63,041 bases of DNA, filler included, from 15 parts of 15 records of this genome joined end to end with filler, not necessarily neighbours in it, one strand, 5' to 3'. Counted from the whole stretch's first letter, positions 46,087 through 58,187 are shown. Notes: generated by a model from the letters alone, not told the origin. Made by a program: numbers and translations.

Positions 46087-47933
46087 GTGTTGCGGTTCTT
46101 CCGTGTGATGTCGCGGTGGAAGTGGCCGCAGCCCATCCTCTTACAGGAGATTCAGCAAGAGGTCAACATGATGGGCATGGACCCGCAGGTAGAGCCCTGG
46201 GATTTTGGGGTACGATTCATGTTTCGTCGCATACGCGTTTGTTGATGTACGGCTGTGTGTTTCTAATTCTTATAGAGTAGTGGTTCAGAGACGTGGCGGT
46301 CTGGGCTCTTATGTTTCTTGCGCTGTTGATGTCAACTGTGAGGTCCAGTGTTGTGTCGGGTCATCTCTTCTGTTCGTTCTGTATGGGTTTTTGTAACACT
46401 CTTGTGTGCAGAAAAATCCACACCACCTCATGCCCATCATCACGCCTGTGTTTCCTGCGTTCAATTCCACACACAACGTGTCCAAGTCGTCGCTTCGTGT
46501 GCTGACAGAGGGTATGTGGGTCTGCTTGCCTGCGAGAGTTCGCTTGTGGGTGTGCGTTTTACGGAGTCACTGTTGTTGTATTTATTATCCAGCTGAACCG
46601 ACTGCGTGTGCCTGTGCGTGCGCGCGCGCGTGTGTGTGTGCTTGAGTTTGTTTTGGCGTCGCATCTCACCATGGTGACGTATGTCAGAGTTTGCACGCGG
46701 TGAGAAGATCGCGTTCCAGATTGAACAGAAGCAGGCGAACTGGGACCTGTTGTTTGAGCGCGTGGCGTTCTTCTCTGCGTATAAGAACTATTTGATGGTG
46801 GAGGTATCAGCGGAGAATGAAGCTGCGTTCATGAAATGGTGCGCTTGCTTGTCGTATTGGTTGATTCGTTGCATGATGGATGAGAATGAGAGCTACGACT
46901 TTGGAGTGTGGTGCTTTTTCTATCGCATTGTGTTGTTGTTTCACAGAATTTTACTCAATTCGCTTATGTAATTGTGTGTGCACTTGTTTGTGTGTCTATA
47001 GGCAAGGCTTCGTAGAGTCCAAGGTTCGCCTTCTCGTGATGCATCTCGAGTGGGTGGAGCACGTAGAGGTATGTGGTGTATCCACAAAGGCACTGATGAA
47101 AGAATGCGGTTACGTTCGTTCTTGTCGCTGTTCTTTCTGGGCTATAGTATGCTTTTGATTTGCGATGCGGTTTCCGTGTCAGTTGTGTGTGGGCGCCTCA
47201 GCCGTGTCTGGTTCCGTCTTGTCTGTCTCCTTATCTTCGGTGTGCGTGCAGTACGCCCAAGTATGGCCCGAGTCTTTCCCGCACCCCTCTCAACCCAACT
47301 GTTGTCTGTATTTTGTGGGTATGGCATTCGCAGCCGCCAAAGGTACGCGCATATGTGTGGCGTCTGCTTGTGTACGTTCCGTGATTGCATGTGTTGCCGT
47401 AAGAGTGTTGTGATGAATACACAAAGCAACCTCCTACTCATTCTGAATGAATTGATGAGACGCTTATTCTGACACACTCGTTGTTGTATCTCGAGAGAGG
47501 GGGCCGTGGTTTGTTTGTTTGCGAATCCTTGTTTGTGGCGTGTCCGTGTCCCTTTTTGTTCTATGTTAATCATTGCGAGTCTGCGTTTTATACTCACACA
47601 TGTTCTCGGTTGCAGGAATCACACTCAACCTGAACGTTCCCGTGAAAGCGTTTATGGGGGAGAAGGGCGGCCGGCCGGGTGTGCTGTTTTGGGATCAGAA
47701 GACCAACGACATGGACCTTACCGTCGTCCACGCCAAACGGTACCTCACTGCGTGACCGCGTTGCATTCCTTCATTCATTCCACACGAGCTTTCTTCTACT
47801 CACACGTACCGCTTCCAACGTCCTCTCACTCATCCCCCCTGTGTCACCCCACAGATCCACCATTCCACCGGAGATCCTTGCGAAGGAGGTGGCCCAGGTC
47901 CTTGCCACCAAGGGCAGCGTCTACGGTCCGTCT
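46087..47933 (+). CDS. Canonical eukaryotic poly(A) polymerase, central and RNA-binding domains (internal, 7 exons)
   Basis: RFFRVMSRWKWPQPILL, WDFG/KNPHHLMPIITPVFPAFNSTHNVS, EFARG, WDLLFE..FFSAYKNYL, W/QGFVESKVRLLV; exons joined by GT-AG introns. Confidence 0.92.
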
Positions 47934-48033
47934 NNNNNNNNNNNNNNNNNNNNNNNNNNNNNNNNNNNNNNNNNNNNTTAATTAATTAANNNNNNNNNNN
48001 NNNNNNNNNNNNNNNNNNNNNNNNNNNNNNNNN

Positions 48034-48057
48034 CACACACACACACACACACACACA
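48034..48057. repeat. (CA)12 microsatellite at contig edge
   Basis: Perfect CA dinucleotide run. Confidence 0.9.
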
Positions 48058-48169
48058 TAATACGTCCATAGTAACACATACACACACACTCCACACAGAT
48101 ACTGGTGCCGCTATACACAACAAACAGCATTCACGCCGCACACATACGCACACAGCAACGCGCACGTAC

Positions 48170-49021
48170 CAGCCGTTCTAGCCTTGAACACAGCTCAGAG
48201 AACGTCTCCACTACATCCCGAAACGGTGCAGTAGTTCGAATTCGGCCGACCGTTCGTGCAATTCTGCGTGCAATTTGGAGATCTGCCGTTGCATCGTCGC
48301 CGAATCGCGATAACAGAGCCACCTCCGCAGACCTGCGCACACGCACACACACACGCACCACAAAGAGACAAACAGATTGAGTACGCAGGTAGTTCATCGG
48401 GATAGTGAACACACACACACGCACACACACTCTCTCTCAGAATAAGGAAATCCTAACGAAATCGTAGTCATACCAGAAAGGATATATAAAGCGATCAACG
48501 CACATACATAGAGCACAGAACAAGAAATACAGACACGGAGTTGTGCAAACCATTGTGAATGCACACAAAACACGCACACAGACCCAAGGAATGACAACAG
48601 TTTCTATACATACACGTCACGTGGCTTGAGAGTGTATCCTGACAAAGGAAACACAGAACCAAGCCATATGTAAACGCACATGACAAAGAGCAGGTGTATA
48701 TCCACAACACGCAAAAACATGAACATGAACGTCAAGCAACATGTTCTCCAGAAACAACAACAACAACAAACCTTCTCTCAGTCTCATCTTGCGAAAACAC
48801 GCTGTGCATCAACTCCAACGCAAACAATTCATCTTCGATGCGCGAGTCCACTACCGGGAAGCTATCACTGGAGAAGAACACACTTGAAACTACACACAAA
48901 TGTGTAAGTGTACGTGTGCGAGAGACGCGCGACACAGATCAGTTGACGAAACCCCATGGAATTGACCTGAGAGATGAAACATACGACGTTCGGTTCGGGC
49001 GGATTGAGTCGGATCTGTCAT
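48170..49021 (-). CDS. 5' exons of an unidentified eukaryotic gene (tentative)
   Basis: ATG at 49021 (MTDPTQSARTER); GT/AG-flanked exons encode SSVFFSSDSFPVVDSRIEDELFALELMH and SAEVALLSRFGDD...RLERL; joining all exons needs one assumed 1-nt indel. Confidence 0.4.
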
Positions 49022-49451
49022 CTCGAACGCTCTCTCGAAGCAACCGTAGCCGATCCGGACGAATTCCAAGACGACAACACAAATGGAATGAAGAAATGCG
49101 CGTGCAAGAGATTACGTCGAAAGAGTGCACAACGAAACGCGAATGCTAGAAACTGATACACAGGAGCACACGACTGAACTTGTGTTTCGCTGTGCATACG
49201 TTCGCTCACACACACACAGCCCGCGGGAAATGATCCACAAACCAATATTGCATGCCGGTACGGACGGACGGAAGGAGATCAGCAGTCAACTATTTGACCG
49301 ACTGTCGAGAACAGTCAAGTAGTTGACCAGCATGCGAATTTTAGGTGGTGGCTACGTCACCGGTCAGCTAAGCACACAAGCAGCAAGCACAGGGCGATCA
49401 GTCATTTTCTCACCAACCACCCCCACCACCACCACTATCATCGAGCAAATA

Positions 49452-50196
49452 ATGGCACAGCTGGGAGAATATGGAGTTCCCGTCAAGCAGCAACCGTCTC
49501 ACAGCGTCAGCCAGATTGGATATCCGCCATATCCTCCGCCCGGCATGTACCAGGGATATCCCCCACAACCACCACAGGGAATGTACCAGCAAGGCCCCGC
49601 TATGTACCAACAACAACAACAACAACAACAATATCCGCAGCCGCAGCATCAAGCGTACCCGAGCGCACCTACCTCCCCCACGCAACCCCAGCGTGTGGCT
49701 TCTCCACAGCAGCAAGAACCACGTGAGCAAGTACATGATCGTGATTATCTGCAGGAACAGCTGGATCAGATGGCGTTGGCTGAGTCATTGGAGCCAGGAT
49801 CACTCAAGGCTTTAGAGGTACGAGCTGGTTTGAACAAGTATAACGGTATGATGGGGATGTGTATGCGGCTTCCGTTGCTATATAAGCGCATTGCATGAGG
49901 TAGGAGATGCACTTTGCTATCTATTTCGAAATTGGAACGATGTACTAATATGAGTCGGTAGGCGGCAGAGAATGCAAGCAGAATCTACGAAGAGCAGCAG
50001 TTCCGAGCCTGGATGAAATACATCGGCTTGGGCAATTACGTCAACAACTGCATCACGGCCGGGTATAACTCACTCGAAACCATACAGAACCGCAACACCG
50101 AACAGCTGGTTGAGTGGGCCAACAGCTGTAACATTCCGTCTGGGTTTCATCGCCGATTGACCGATAAGATCTCGACGATTGAGACGTTCCGAAGTG
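49452..50196 (+). CDS. Pro/Gln/Tyr-rich protein with SAM (sterile alpha motif) domain, 5' part
   Basis: Exon 1 49452-49817 (GYPPYPPPGMYQGYPPQPPQ, polyQ); exon 2 from 49962 WMKYIGLGNYVNNCITAGYNSLETI...IPSGFHRRL fits the SAM pattern. Confidence 0.75.
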
Positions 50197-50415
50197 NNNN
50201 NNNNNNNNNNNNNNNNNNNNNNNNNNNNNNNNNNNNNNNNTTAATTAATTAANNNNNNNNNNNNNNNNNNNNNNNNNNNNNNNNNNNNNNNNNNNNTTTT
50301 ATGAAAGCGTAATTCAGGTCAATGTCACAATTAACCATTGTCACAATAAGGTTGAACGGATATTCTGAGCACGGACCACGTAATATTCAATACATTATTT
50401 ACTGCCGGGTTTTTC

Positions 50416-51129
50416 GTGAATCAACGTAATATGTCAATAATTAATTCCACGCCAGTGCGTGTTATTGCCATTGTAGGATGTGATGGTTCAGGTAAATCGA
50501 CCCTCACGGCAAGCCTGGTAAATGAACTGGCAGCAAGAATGCCAACAGAACACATTTATCTCGGGCAATCGTCCGGGCGAATTGGCGAATGGATTTCACA
50601 GCTCCCTGTTATTGGCGCACCTTTTGGGCGTTATCTGCGAAGTAAAGCGGCACATGTGCACGAAAAGCCCTCAACACCGCCTGGCAATATTACTGCACTG
50701 GTTATCTATCTGCTTTCCTGCTGGCGGGCGTACAAGTTTCGCAAAATGTTGTGTAAAAGCCAGCAAGGCTTTCTGCTCATCACCGACCGCTACCCGCAGG
50801 TTGAAGTGCCGGGGTTTCGCTTTGATGGCCCGCAATTGGCAAAAACCACGGGCGGTAACGGTTGGATAAAAATGTTAAGGCAGCGCGAGCTGAAGCTGTA
50901 CCAATGGATGGCATCTTATTTGCCCGTATTGTTGATTCGTCTTGGCATTGATGAACAAACCGCGTTTGCGCGTAAACCTGACCACCAACTGGCAGCGTTA
51001 CAGGAAAAAATCGCCGTTACGCCGCAACTGACATTCAATGGCGCAAAGATCCTTGAACTGGATGGGCGACACCCCGCCGATGAAATTCTGCAAGCGTCAC
51101 TACGCGCAATTCACGCCGCGCTTTCCTGA
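50416..51129 (+). CDS. yghS: P-loop (thymidylate-kinase-like) protein YghS
   Basis: 237 aa; GCDGSGKST, TDRYP, RKPDH. Confidence 0.9.
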   Translation: MNQRNMSIINSTPVRVIAIVGCDGSGKSTLTASLVNELAARMPTEHIYLGQSSGRIGEWISQLPVIGAPFGRYLRSKAAHVHEKPSTPPGNITALVIYLLSCWRAYKFRKMLCKSQQGFLLITDRYPQVEVPGFRFDGPQLAKTTGGNGWIKMLRQRELKLYQWMASYLPVLLIRLGIDEQTAFARKPDHQLAALQEKIAVTPQLTFNGAKILELDGRHPADEILQASLRAIHAALS

Positions 51130-51160
51130 TCACCAAAATGGATAGGGGATGATTTAACGA

Positions 51161-51919
51161 ATGGATGCACTACAAACTCAAACTGTTAATAGTACAATCG
51201 CGCCGCAGCCCAACTACATTCCGGGGCTGATTGCGGTGGTCGGGTGTGATGGCACCGGTAAATCCACACTGACCACCGACCTGGTGAAATCGCTGCAACA
51301 ACACTGGCAAACCGAGCGGCGCTATCTGGGGCTGCTCTCCGGCGAAGACGGCGACAAAATCAAACGATTGCCGTTGGTTGGCGTCTGGCTGGAACGGCGA
51401 CTGGCGGCCAAATCCTCGAAAACCCAAAGCATGAAAACCAAATCTCCGGCGCTATGGGCGGCGGTGATTATGTACTGCTTCTCGCTGCGAAGAATGGCGA
51501 ATCTACGCAAGGTTCAGCGACTGGCGCAAAGTGGCGTTCTGGTGGTCAGCGATCGCTTCCCGCAGGCTGAAATTTCGGGCTTTTATTATGATGGACCGGG
51601 GATTGGCGTCGAACGTGCGACCGGGAAAATCAGCATGTTTCTGGCGCAGCGCGAACGGCGTTTATACCAACAAATGGCGCAATATCGCCCGGAATTAATT
51701 ATTCGCCTGGGCATTGATATTGAGACTGCCATCTCCCGCAAGCCTGACCATGACTATGCCGAGCTGCAGGACAAAATCGGTGTCATGTCGAAGATTGGCT
51801 ATAACGGCACAAAAATTCTTGAGATTGATTCCAGAGCGCCCTACAGCGAAGTGCTGGAACAGGCACAGAAGGCGGTTTCTCTGGTTGCCATCGTTTCTGA
51901 CCGCCGAAGTTTAACTTAA
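51161..51919 (+). CDS. yghR: P-loop (thymidylate-kinase-like) protein YghR
   Basis: 252 aa; GCDGTGKST, SDRFP, RKPDH; paralogous to yghS. Confidence 0.9.
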   Translation: MDALQTQTVNSTIAPQPNYIPGLIAVVGCDGTGKSTLTTDLVKSLQQHWQTERRYLGLLSGEDGDKIKRLPLVGVWLERRLAAKSSKTQSMKTKSPALWAAVIMYCFSLRRMANLRKVQRLAQSGVLVVSDRFPQAEISGFYYDGPGIGVERATGKISMFLAQRERRLYQQMAQYRPELIIRLGIDIETAISRKPDHDYAELQDKIGVMSKIGYNGTKILEIDSRAPYSEVLEQAQKAVSLVAIVSDRRSLT

Positions 51920-51964
51920 GGCTGGCGGGATACTTTTTACTATCAACGATAAGGTCAGGCTGAA

Positions 51965-53032
51965 TTGGCGGGTTTTAACATCAAACATTGGTTTGCAGAT
52001 GGCGCGTTTCGCACCATTATTCGCAATAGCGCCTGGTTAGGCTCCAGTAATGTCGTGAGCGCCTTGCTGGGTCTGTTGGCGCTCTCGTGTGCCGGTAAAG
52101 GGATGACGCCCGCCATGTTTGGCGTACTGGTGATTGTGCAATCGTACGCCAAGTCGATCAGCGATTTTATTAAGTTTCAGACATGGCAACTGGTGGTTCA
52201 GTACGGAACACCAGCATTAACCAACAATAATCCGCAGCAATTCCGCAATGTCGTCTCATTTTCCTTCTCGCTGGATATCGTCAGCGGCGCGGTGGTGATT
52301 GTCGGTGGCATTGCCTTACTGCCATTCCTTTCCCATTCATTAGGTCTGGATGACCAAAGTTTTTGGCTGGCAGCGCTCTATTGCACGCTCATTCCTTCAA
52401 TGGCTTCCTCCACGCCGACCGGCATTCTGCGTGCGGTAGATCGCTTCGATTTAATTGCTGTACAGCAGGCGACGAAACCTTTTCTGCGCGCAGCGGGGAG
52501 CGTCGTAGCCTGGTATTTTGACTTTGGTTTTGCGGGTTTTGTTATTGCCTGGTACGTGTCGAATCTGGTTGGCGGCACCATGTACTGGTGGTTTGCCGCG
52601 CGCGAATTACGCCGCCGAAATATCCATAACGCCTTCAAATTGAATCTGTTTGAGTCTGCCCGATACATTAAAGGCGCGTGGAGTTTTGTCTGGTCAACCA
52701 ACATTGCCCACTCCATCTGGTCGGCGCGTAACTCGTGCAGCACAGTGTTGGTGGGGATCGTGTTAGGACCCGCTGCCGCCGGGTTATTTAAAATCGCCAT
52801 GACATTCTTCGACGCCGCCGGAACGCCAGCGGGTTTGCTGGGTAAAAGTTTTTACCCAGAGGTGATGCGTTTAGATCCGCGCACCACCAGACCGTGGTTG
52901 TTAGGTGTGAAGTCCGGTTTACTGGCGGGCGGAATCGGTATTCTGGTGGCGCTCGCGGTGTTGATCGTCGGCAAGCCGCTCATTTCGCTGGTGTTTGGCG
53001 TTAAGTATCTCGAAGCGTATGACCTGATTTAG
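51965..53032 (+). CDS. yghQ: Wzx/MOP-like inner-membrane protein YghQ, ending at the IS5 junction
   Basis: 355 aa polytopic protein; IRNSAWL..SNVVS, FGVLV flippase-like N-terminus; TTG start. Confidence 0.88.
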   Translation: MAGFNIKHWFADGAFRTIIRNSAWLGSSNVVSALLGLLALSCAGKGMTPAMFGVLVIVQSYAKSISDFIKFQTWQLVVQYGTPALTNNNPQQFRNVVSFSFSLDIVSGAVVIVGGIALLPFLSHSLGLDDQSFWLAALYCTLIPSMASSTPTGILRAVDRFDLIAVQQATKPFLRAAGSVVAWYFDFGFAGFVIAWYVSNLVGGTMYWWFAARELRRRNIHNAFKLNLFESARYIKGAWSFVWSTNIAHSIWSARNSCSTVLVGIVLGPAAAGLFKIAMTFFDAAGTPAGLLGKSFYPEVMRLDPRTTRPWLLGVKSGLLAGGIGILVALAVLIVGKPLISLVFGVKYLEAYDLI

Positions 53033-53056
53033 GGAAGGTGCGAATAAGCGGGGAAA
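53033..53056. mobile_element. Terminus of insertion sequence IS5
   Basis: GGAAGGTGCGAATAAGCGGGGAAA is the IS5 end, directly after a TTAG (YTAR) target tetramer; contig breaks here as expected at a multicopy repeat. Confidence 0.9.
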
Positions 53057-53156
53057 NNNNNNNNNNNNNNNNNNNNNNNNNNNNNNNNNNNNNNNNNNNN
53101 TTAATTAATTAANNNNNNNNNNNNNNNNNNNNNNNNNNNNNNNNNNNNNNNNNNNN

Positions 53157-53820
53157 GACTATATTCCACTTTTTTATGTGAATCTTCCGGGAAGGTGGCA
53201 ACCACTTTTACCCCTTTGCTGGCAACTGCGTCAGAACCGTAGACAATGCCCAGAGGCGCTTCGTTACGTTCGACCAGCGCCAGCGCCCCACGAACATCTT
53301 CCGCTGGGGCCAGTTTCGGAGAGAGCGTATCCCATGCGCCCAGTTTTTGCAGTGCTTCTTTTGCATAAATGCCAGCGGGAACATGTTCCGGATCGCCAAC
53401 CGCCAGGCGACCGCCATTCAGCAGTGAAGTCCAGTTGGTTTTGCTGTCGATGGTGAAATCTTTCTGCACGCTGGCTTTCGGTGCTACAACGACCAGGCTA
53501 TTGCCGAGCAGTGTCTGACGCGTAGCTGTATCGATCGCTTTTTTATCAACCGCATAATCCATCCATTTCTGATCGGCAGAAATAAACAGATCCGCAGGCG
53601 CACCCGCTTCAATCTGACGGGCGAGAGTAGATGACGAAGCGAAAGAAGAAACCACATCCACGCCTTTCTCTTTTTTAAACTGCGTAGCAATGTCCTGCAT
53701 TGCGTTAGTCAGTGATGCGGCGGCGAACACCGTGATTTTCCCTTCATCTGCCAGTGCATTGCCAGCAACAGCGAAAGAGAGTGCCGCCCCGGCAAACAAG
53801 TTCAACCATTTACGAGCCAT
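53157..53820 (-). CDS. modA: Molybdate-binding periplasmic protein, 5' part
   Basis: FAAASLTNA, ASSSTLARQI, PEHVPAGIYA. Confidence 0.96.
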
Positions 53821-53839
53821 TGGTAACCCCTTAATGTAA

Positions 53840-53863
53840 CGTTATGTAGGCGACAATATAACG
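53840..53863. promoter_or_regulatory. ModE operator upstream of modA
   Basis: Imperfect palindrome CGTTATGTA-ggcgac-AATATAACG. Confidence 0.85.
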
Positions 53864-53957
53864 ACTAACTCGGAATTTTCCCAGCAGTTATTGCTAACCT
53901 TTGTGAGGTAGATAAGAAAAAATATCGGCAGGAAAAGCAGGAAGTTGAGAAAAAGAA

Positions 53958-53979
53958 AATGCCCGACTAAGCGGGCATT
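53958..53979 (-). terminator. Terminator after acrZ
   Basis: AATGCCCG-actaag-CGGGCATT hairpin followed by a U-rich tail on the minus strand. Confidence 0.75.
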
Positions 53980-53986
53980 CAGGGAA

Positions 53987-54154
<168 letters not shown>

Positions 54155-54264
54155 TCATGAGACTATTCTAACCGCTAAGCACAGAAAAGCACTCCCCTTT
54201 TGTGCGGTCAGCTTTGCGTGGCGTTCGTTTTCCGTCACAATAAGACTTTTGCCAGGACATTGTT

Positions 54265-55053
54265 ATGCAGGCCGAAATCCTTCTCACCCTTAAGCTCCAA
54301 CAAAAATTATTCGCCGACCCGCGCCGCATTTCGCTACTAAAACACATTGCGCTTTCCGGTTCCATTAGCCAGGGAGCGAAAGATGCCGGTATTAGCTATA
54401 AAAGCGCCTGGGATGCCATTAACGAGATGAATCAGTTAAGTGAGCATATTCTGGTCGAGCGCGCAACAGGCGGTAAAGGTGGCGGCGGCGCAGTACTGAC
54501 CCGCTATGGTCAGCGACTGATTCAGCTCTATGACTTACTGGCGCAAATCCAGCAAAAAGCCTTTGATGTGTTAAGTGACGATGACGCCCTGCCGCTGAAC
54601 AGCCTGCTGGCCGCGATCTCACGTTTTTCACTGCAAACCAGCGCCCGTAACCAGTGGTTCGGTACCATCACCGCCCGCGATCATGATGACGTTCAACAGC
54701 ATGTTGATGTCTTACTGGCTGACGGAAAAACACGCCTGAAAGTCGCAATTACCGCACAAAGCGGCGCGCGTCTGGGGCTGGATGAAGGCAAAGAAGTGTT
54801 GATATTGCTAAAAGCGCCGTGGGTAGGTATTACTCAGGACGAGGCGGTCGCGCAAAACGCTGACAACCAATTACCGGGTATTATTAGTCATATTGAGCGC
54901 GGCGCAGAGCAGTGCGAAGTATTAATGGCGCTACCCGACGGGCAAACACTGTGCGCCACAGTGCCGGTAAATGAAGCGACTTCTCTTCAGCAAGGACAGA
55001 ATGTCACGGCCTACTTTAATGCCGACAGCGTGATTATCGCCACGCTGTGCTAA
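54265..55053 (+). CDS. modE: Molybdate-responsive regulator
   Basis: 262 aa; GSISQGAK..SYKSAW HTH, TSARNQ Mop domain. Confidence 0.97.
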   Translation: MQAEILLTLKLQQKLFADPRRISLLKHIALSGSISQGAKDAGISYKSAWDAINEMNQLSEHILVERATGGKGGGGAVLTRYGQRLIQLYDLLAQIQQKAFDVLSDDDALPLNSLLAAISRFSLQTSARNQWFGTITARDHDDVQQHVDVLLADGKTRLKVAITAQSGARLGLDEGKEVLILLKAPWVGITQDEAVAQNADNQLPGIISHIERGAEQCEVLMALPDGQTLCATVPVNEATSLQQGQNVTAYFNADSVIIATLC

Positions 55054-55120
55054 GCGTGTTGACAATTTGTTATGAAACACGTATCCCTGTCAGTAATCGC
55101 TGCACAAAGTGGGATATAAA

Positions 55121-56262
55121 ATGTCATCGTTGCAAATTTTGCAAGGCACGTTTCGTCTTAGCGACACAAAAACGCTGCAATTGCCTCAGCTAACGTTAAA
55201 CGCGGGTGATAGTTGGGCGTTTGTCGGTTCGAATGGAAGCGGGAAATCGGCCCTGGCCCGCGCGCTGGCGGGGGAACTTCCGCTTTTGAAAGGTGAACGG
55301 CAAAGCCAGTTTTCCCACATCACTCGTCTCTCCTTCGAGCAATTGCAAAAACTCGTCAGCGACGAATGGCAGCGGAATAACACCGATATGCTCGGCCCTG
55401 GCGAAGATGACACCGGACGCACTACGGCTGAGATCATTCAGGATGAAGTAAAGGATGCACCGCGTTGCATGCAACTGGCGCAGCAGTTCGGTATTACCGC
55501 CCTCCTCGACCGACGCTTTAAATACCTTTCCACTGGCGAGACGCGAAAAACCCTGCTGTGTCAGGCGCTGATGTCGGAGCCTGACTTGTTGATTCTTGAT
55601 GAGCCGTTCGATGGCCTGGATGTTGCCTCACGTCAGCAGCTGGCTGAGCGACTCGCCTCGTTACATCAGTCCGGTATTACTCTGGTACTGGTGCTCAATC
55701 GCTTCGATGAGATCCCGGAGTTTGTCCAGTTTGCTGGCGTGCTGGCGGATTGCACGTTAGCGGAAACTGGCGCTAAAGAGGAACTGCTCCAACAAGCACT
55801 CGTCGCGCAACTGGCGCATAGTGAACAGCTTGAAGGTGTGCAACTGCCGGAGCCGGATGAACCTTCAGCACGTCACGCCTTACCCGCCAACGAACCGCGC
55901 ATTGTGCTGAACAATGGCGTGGTTTCTTATAACGATCGCCCCATTCTTAATAACCTTAGCTGGCAGGTGAATCCAGGCGAACACTGGCAAATTGTCGGGC
56001 CAAATGGTGCAGGAAAATCGACGTTATTAAGCCTGGTTACTGGCGATCATCCGCAAGGTTACAGCAACGATTTGACGCTTTTCGGACGACGTCGCGGCAG
56101 CGGCGAAACCATCTGGGATATCAAAAAGCATATCGGTTACGTCAGCAGTAGTTTGCATCTGGATTACCGGGTCAGCACTACCGTGCGTAATGTGATTCTT
56201 TCTGGCTATTTTGATTCGATTGGCATTTATCAGGCCGTTTCGGATCGCCAGCAAAAACTGGT
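55121..56262 (+). CDS. modF: ABC ATPase ModF, 5' part
   Basis: Two Walker A motifs (GSNGSGKS, GPNGAGKST), LSTGE, LDEPFDG. Confidence 0.94.
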
Positions 56263-56402
56263 NNNNNNNNNNNNNNNNNNNNNNNNNNNNNNNNNNNNNN
56301 NNNNNNTTAATTAATTAANNNNNNNNNNNNNNNNNNNNNNNNNNNNNNNNNNNNNNNNNNNNTACCCTTCCGGTATCACTTTTAGGCCACTGGAGGTGCA
56401 CT

Positions 56403-56492
56403 GTGAGTGCAGGCGTGATAACCGGCGTATTGCTGGTGTTTTTATTACTGGGTTATCTGGTTTATGCCCTGATCAATGCGGAGGCGTTCTGA
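56403..56492 (+). CDS. kdpF: K+-ATPase subunit KdpF (29 aa)
   Basis: GTG start, [34 protein letters not shown] overlap with kdpA. Confidence 0.93.
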
Positions 56493-58165
56493 TGGCTGCG
56501 CAAGGGTTCTTACTGATCGCCACGTTTTTACTGGTGTTAATGGTGCTGGCGCGTCCTTTAGGCAGCGGGCTGGCGCGGCTGATTAATGACATTCCTCTTC
56601 CCGGTACAACGGGCGTTGAGCGCGTACTTTTTCGCGCACTTGGCGTCTCTGACCGTGAGATGAACTGGAAGCAATATCTTTGTGCCATTCTCGGCCTGAA
56701 CATGCTGGGGCTGGCGGTGCTGTTTTTTATGTTGCTCGGTCAGCACTATCTGCCGCTTAATCCACAGCAGTTGCCAGGGCTGTCGTGGGATCTGGCGCTG
56801 AATACCGCCGTCAGCTTTGTCACCAATACCAACTGGCAATCTTATAGCGGTGAAACCACGTTGAGCTATTTCAGCCAGATGGCGGGCTTAACGGTGCAAA
56901 ACTTTCTTTCTGCCGCCAGCGGGATTGCGGTGATTTTTGCCCTCATCCGTGCGTTTACCCGCCAGAGCATGAGCACGCTCGGGAATGCCTGGGTCGATCT
57001 GCTACGCATCACGTTATGGGTGCTAGTCCCTGTGGCGTTGTTGATTGCACTGTTTTTTATTCAACAAGGTGCGCTGCAAAACTTTCTGCCTTATCAGGCT
57101 GTGAATACCGTTGAAGGAGCGCAACAGCTGTTACCCATGGGGCCTGTAGCTTCTCAGGAAGCGATCAAGATGCTCGGTACTAACGGCGGTGGCTTCTTTA
57201 ATGCCAACTCGTCGCATCCGTTTGAAAACCCAACCGCACTGACCAACTTCGTGCAGATGCTGGCGATCTTCTTGATCCCAACGGCGCTGTGCTTTGCCTT
57301 TGGTGAAGTGATGGGCGATCGCCGCCAGGGGCGCATGTTGCTGTGGGCGATGTCAGTGATTTTTGTCATCTGCGTAGGCGTGGTGATGTGGGCAGAAGTT
57401 CAGGGTAATCCTCATCTGCTGGCACTGGGCACGGACAGCAGCATCAATATGGAAGGTAAAGAGAGCCGTTTCGGCGTGCTGGTCAGTAGCCTGTTTGCGG
57501 TCGTGACGACGGCGGCTTCCTGTGGCGCGGTGATTGCGATGCATGATTCGTTTACCGCTCTCGGTGGCATGGTGCCGATGTGGCTGATGCAAATTGGTGA
57601 AGTGGTGTTCGGCGGTGTCGGTTCTGGTCTTTACGGCATGATGCTGTTTGTCCTGCTGGCGGTGTTTATTGCCGGGCTGATGATTGGTCGTACACCGGAA
57701 TATCTGGGTAAAAAAATCGACGTACGCGAGATGAAACTGACTGCACTGGCAATTCTGGTTACCCCGACGCTGGTGCTGATGGGCGCGGCGTTGGCGATGA
57801 TGACCGACGCCGGACGTAGCGCCATGCTCAACCCTGGCCCGCATGGTTTTAGCGAAGTGCTGTACGCCGTGTCATCCGCCGCTAACAACAACGGCAGCGC
57901 CTTTGCCGGATTAAGCGCCAACTCTCCGTTCTGGAACTGTTTACTGGCGTTCTGCATGTTTGTCGGTCGCTTCGGGGTGATTATCCCGGTGATGGCAATT
58001 GCCGGTTCGCTGGTGAGTAAAAAGAGCCAAGCCGCCAGCTCCGGCACGCTGCCAACGCACGGCCCGCTGTTTGTTGGCCTGTTAATCGGCACCGTGTTGC
58101 TGGTTGGCGCACTGACCTTTATCCCTGCCCTGGCGCTTGGTCCGGTGGCGGAATATCTCTCCTGA
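56492..58165 (+). CDS. kdpA: K+-ATPase subunit A
   Basis: 557 aa; [26 protein letters not shown]. Confidence 0.98.
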
Positions 58166-58187
58166 TGATATTGAGTGAGCACTGAAT

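Noticed and set aside
45882-49330. Many Cys/Val-rich or His/Thr-rich short ORFs in the eukaryotic contigs
   Set aside because: Translations of TG/CA-rich intron and UTR sequence
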